Positions 25,601-29,396 of a DNA stretch of 29,396 bases are shown here, in pieces (position 1 is the first letter of the stretch; each line of letters opens with the position of its first letter). Source of the stretch: Utricularia gibba (lineage: Eukaryota; Plantae; Magnoliophyta). The stretch lies in NCBI GenBank assembly GCA_002189035.1, contig NEEC01000490.1, positions 1 to 29,396 of the forward strand, in the 5' to 3' direction. Under the pieces are notes generated by a model that worked only from the letters and a program-made list of their open reading frames with translations, had not been told where the DNA came from and ran no database searches. Position numbers and translations under genes: made by a program.

Positions 25601-28600
25601 AAAAACAACCTCAACGAAAAGTGTCTTCCGTGTCCTTCCTTGGTGGCTGCGTCTAAGAATGTGCTTCTCGTTCTCGACATTGATGCAAATGGATACACGG
25701 CAAAAGAATCAAATAGCCACTAGAGACATGGTGTATGGAATGGTGCATCAAGAATCAGAAGTATCATAGCAACTAATTGAATCAATCAACAGCCAAAACA
25801 TATGGTGTCAAACTTCATCGGATATGCGATCAAGATGGAAAAAAGTCACATGTTACATCATGAATTTCGTGGCATCACTTATCCCAACACTGTTGTATAC
25901 TCAGGATATGCGTAAATATTTATTTTTAACAAATCCGGTGCACGTGTGATTTTTCGGCTGCATCCCGAATGGTGATGCGCAATGAAATGACTATGTCGCA
26001 CATCCTGGTCCACGAAGCACCTCTTCGAAAACATGTAGAGCCTTACTCTTCATAGCACACCATTGGGAAGCTTTATTCGTGCTCCAAGTAATATCATATG
26101 GAGTTACGTTTTTCCGATAACTGTGGACATATTAAAAACAACCTCAACGAAAAGTGTCTTCCGTGTCCTTCCTTGGTGGCTGCGTCTAAGAATGTGCTTC
26201 TCGTTCTCGACATTGATGCAAATGGATACACGGCAAAAGAATCAAATAGCCACTAGAGACATGTGTAAGGAATGGTGCATCAAGAATCAGAAGTATCATA
26301 GCAACTAATTGAATCAATCAACAGCCAAAACATATGGTGTCAAACTTCATCGGATATGCGATCAAGATGGAAAAAAGTCACATGTTACATCATGAATTTC
26401 GTGGCATCACTTATCCCAACACTGTTGTATACTCAGGATATGCGTAAATATTTATTTTTAACAAATCCGGTGCACGTGTGATTTTTCGGCTGCATCCCGA
26501 ATGGTGATGCGCAATGAAATGACTATGTCGCACATCCTGGTCCACGAAGCACCTCTTCGAAAACATGTAGAGCCTTACTCTTCATAGCACACCATTGGAA
26601 GCTTTATTCGTGCTCCAAGTAATATCATATGGAGTTACGTTTTTCCGATAACTGTGACATATTAAAAACAACCTCAACGAAAAGTGTCTTCCGTGTCCTT
26701 CCTTGGTGGCTGCGTCTAAAAATGTGCTTCTCGTTCTCGACATTGATGCAAATGGATACACGGCAAAAGAATCAAATAGCCACTAGAGACATGGTGTATG
26801 GAATGTGCATCAAGAATCAGAAGTATCATAGCAACTAATTGAATCAATCAACAGCCAAAACATATGGTGTCAAACTTCATCGGATATGCGATCAAGATGG
26901 AAAAAAGTCACATGTTACATCATGAATTTCGGCATCACTTATCCCAACACTGTTGTATACTCAGGATATGCGTAAATATTTATTTTTAACAAATCCGTGC
27001 ACGTGTGATTTTTCGGCTGCATCCCGAATGGTGATGCGCAATGAAATGACTATGTCGCACATCCTGGTCCACGAAGCACCTCTTCGAAAACATGTAGAGC
27101 CTTACTCTTCATAGCACACCATTGGAAGCTTTATTCGTGCTCCAAGTAATATCATATGGAGTTACGTTTTTCCGATAACTGTGACATATTAAAAAAACAA
27201 CCTCAACGAAAAGTGTCTTCCGTGTCCTTCCTTGGTGGCTGCGTCTAAGAATGTGCTTCTCGTTCTCGACATTGATGCAAATGGATACACGGCAAAAGAA
27301 TCAAATAGCCACTAGAGACATGGTGTATGGAATGGTGCATCAAGAATCAGAAGTATCATAGCAACTAATTGAATCAATCAACAGCCAAAACATATGGTGT
27401 CAAACTTCATCGGATATGCGATCAAGATGGAAAAAAGTCACATGTTACATCATGAATTTCGTGGCATCACTTATCCCAACACTGTTGTATACTCAGGATA
27501 TGCGTAAATATTTATTTTTAACAAATCCGGTGCACGTGTGATTTTTCGGCTGCATCCCGAATGGTGATGCGCAATGAAATGACTATGTCGCACATCCTGG
27601 TCCACGAAGCACCTCTTCGAAAATATGTAGAGCCTTACTCTTCATAGCACACCATTGGGAAGCTTTATTCGTGCTCCAAGTAATATCATATGGAGTTACG
27701 TTTTTCCGATAACTGTGGACATATTAAAAACAACCTCAACGAAAAGTGTCTTCCGTGTCCTTCCTTGGTGGCTGCGTCTAAGAATGTGCTTCTCGTTCTC
27801 GACATTGATGCAAATGGGATACACGGCAAAAGAATCAAATAGCCACTAGAGACATGGTGTATGGAATGGTGCATCAAGAATCAGAAGTATCATAGCAACT
27901 AATTGAATCAATCAACAGCCAAAACATATGGTGTCAAACTTCATCGGATATGCGATCAAGATGAAAAAAGTCACATGTTACATCATGAATTTCGTGGCAT
28001 CACTTATCCCAACACTGTTGTATACTCAGGATATGCGTAAATATTTATTTTTAACAAATCCGGTGCACGTGTGATTTTTCGGCTGCATCCCGAATGTGAT
28101 GCGCAATGAAATGACTATGTCGCACATCCTGGTCCACGAAGCACCTCTTCGAAAACATGTAGAGCCTTACTCTTCATAGCACACCATTGGGAAGCTTTAT
28201 TCGTGCTCCAAGTAATATCATATGGAGTTACGTTTTTCCGATAACTGTGGACATATTAAAAACAACCTCAACGAAAAGTGTCTTCCGTGTCCTTCCTTGG
28301 TGGCTGCGTCTAAGAATGTGCTTCTCGTTCTCGACATTGATGCAAATGGGATACACGGCAAAAGAATCAAATAGCCACTAGAGACATGGTGTATGGGAAT
28401 GGTGCATCAAGAATCAGAAGTATCATAGCAACTAATTGAATCAATCAACAGCCAAAACATATGGTGTCAAACTTCATCGGATATGCGATCAAGATGGAAA
28501 AAAGTCACATGTTACATCATGAATTTCGTGGCATCACTTATCCCAACACTGTTGTATACTCAGGATATGCGTAAATATTTATTTTTAACAAATCCGGTGC

Positions 28601-29396
28601 ACGTGTGATTTTTCGCTGCATCCCGAATGGTGATGCGCAATGAAATGACTATGTCGCACATCCTGGTCCACGAAGCACCTCTTCGAAAACATGTAGAGCC
28701 TTACTCTTCATAGCACACCATTGGAAGCTTTATTCGTGCTCCAAGTAATATCATATGGAGTTACGTTTTTCCGATAACTGTGGACATATTAAAAACAACC
28801 TCAACGAAAAGTGTCTTCCGTGTCCTTCTTGGTGCTGCGTCTAAGAATGTGCTTCTCGTTCTCGACATTGATGCAAATGGGATACACGGCAAAAGAATCA
28901 AATAGCCACTAGAGACATGGTGTAGGAATGGTGCATCAAGAATCAGAAGTATCATAGCAACTAATTGAATCAATCAACAGCCAAACATATGGTGTCAAAC
29001 TTCATCGATATGCGATCAAGATGAAAAAAGTCACATTACATCATGAATTTCGTGGCATCACTTATCCCAACACTGTTGTATACTCAGGATATGCGTAAAT
29101 ATTTATTTTTAACAAATCCGGTGCACGTTGATTTTTCGGCTGCATCCCGAATTGATGCGCAATGAAATGACTATGTCGCACATCCTGGTCCACGAAGCAC
29201 CTCTTCGAAAACATGTAGAGCCTTACTCTTCATAGCACACCATTGGGAAGCTTTATTCGTGCTTCAAGTAATATCATATGGAGTTACGTTTTTCCGATAA
29301 CTGTGGACATATTAAAAACAACCTCAACGAAAAGTGTCTTCCGTGTCCTTCCTTGGTGGCTGCGTCTAAGAATGTGCTTCTCGTTCTCGACATTGA

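Larger units (their letters stand above)
1..29396. repeat. Head-to-tail tandem array, ~535-bp monomer, 56 full copies + 8 nt, all direct orientation
   Basis: The marker GACATTGATGCAAATG recurs, in a few copies in degraded form, at 1, 516, 1039, 1562, 2083, 2592, 3125, 3656, 4183, 4714, 5241, 5765, 6271, 6793, 7312, ~7801, ~8228, 8717 ... 11873, 12405 ... 15578, 16109, 16642 ... 20364, 20897 ... 28333, 28864 and 29389 (partial). All intervening sequence aligns by eye to one consensus. I saw no inversion and no unique insert. Confidence 0.99.

Noticed and set aside
1-29396. CRISPR array, 5S rDNA, tRNA or spliced-leader gene array
   Set aside because: There are no unique spacers between repeats. 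I found no 5S rRNA, tRNA cloverleaf/box A-B or known spliced-leader sequence in the monomer.

Overview
The whole 29,396-nt window is one head-to-tail tandem array of a single ~535-bp monomer (~41% GC by hand count). It has 56 complete copies plus 8 nt, all in the same orientation, with no unique flanks, spacers, recognisable genes, RNA genes or transposon ends. Copies differ almost only by short deletions, mostly in homopolymers or between micro-repeats, and substitutions are very rare. This pattern resembles long-read (nanopore-like) or low-coverage consensus error on an essentially invariant unit. The listed ORFs are the same few frames re-spliced by these indels. The monomer has stop codons in all three frames on both strands, so it is neither a gene array nor an endless ORF. 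The two main readings are a very homogeneous chromosomal satellite, or a rolling-circle concatemer (natural or phi29/RCA-generated) of a ~535-nt non-coding circle. The most interesting signal is a short stem-loop in each monomer. Its minus-strand loop reads TA-TGATATTAC, one mismatch from the geminivirus nonanucleotide TAATATTAC, and shares TGATATTA with the phiX174 origin. An iteron-like tandem lies 45 nt away. This suggests, as unproven inference, a minimal non-autonomous HUH-Rep rolling-circle replicon.
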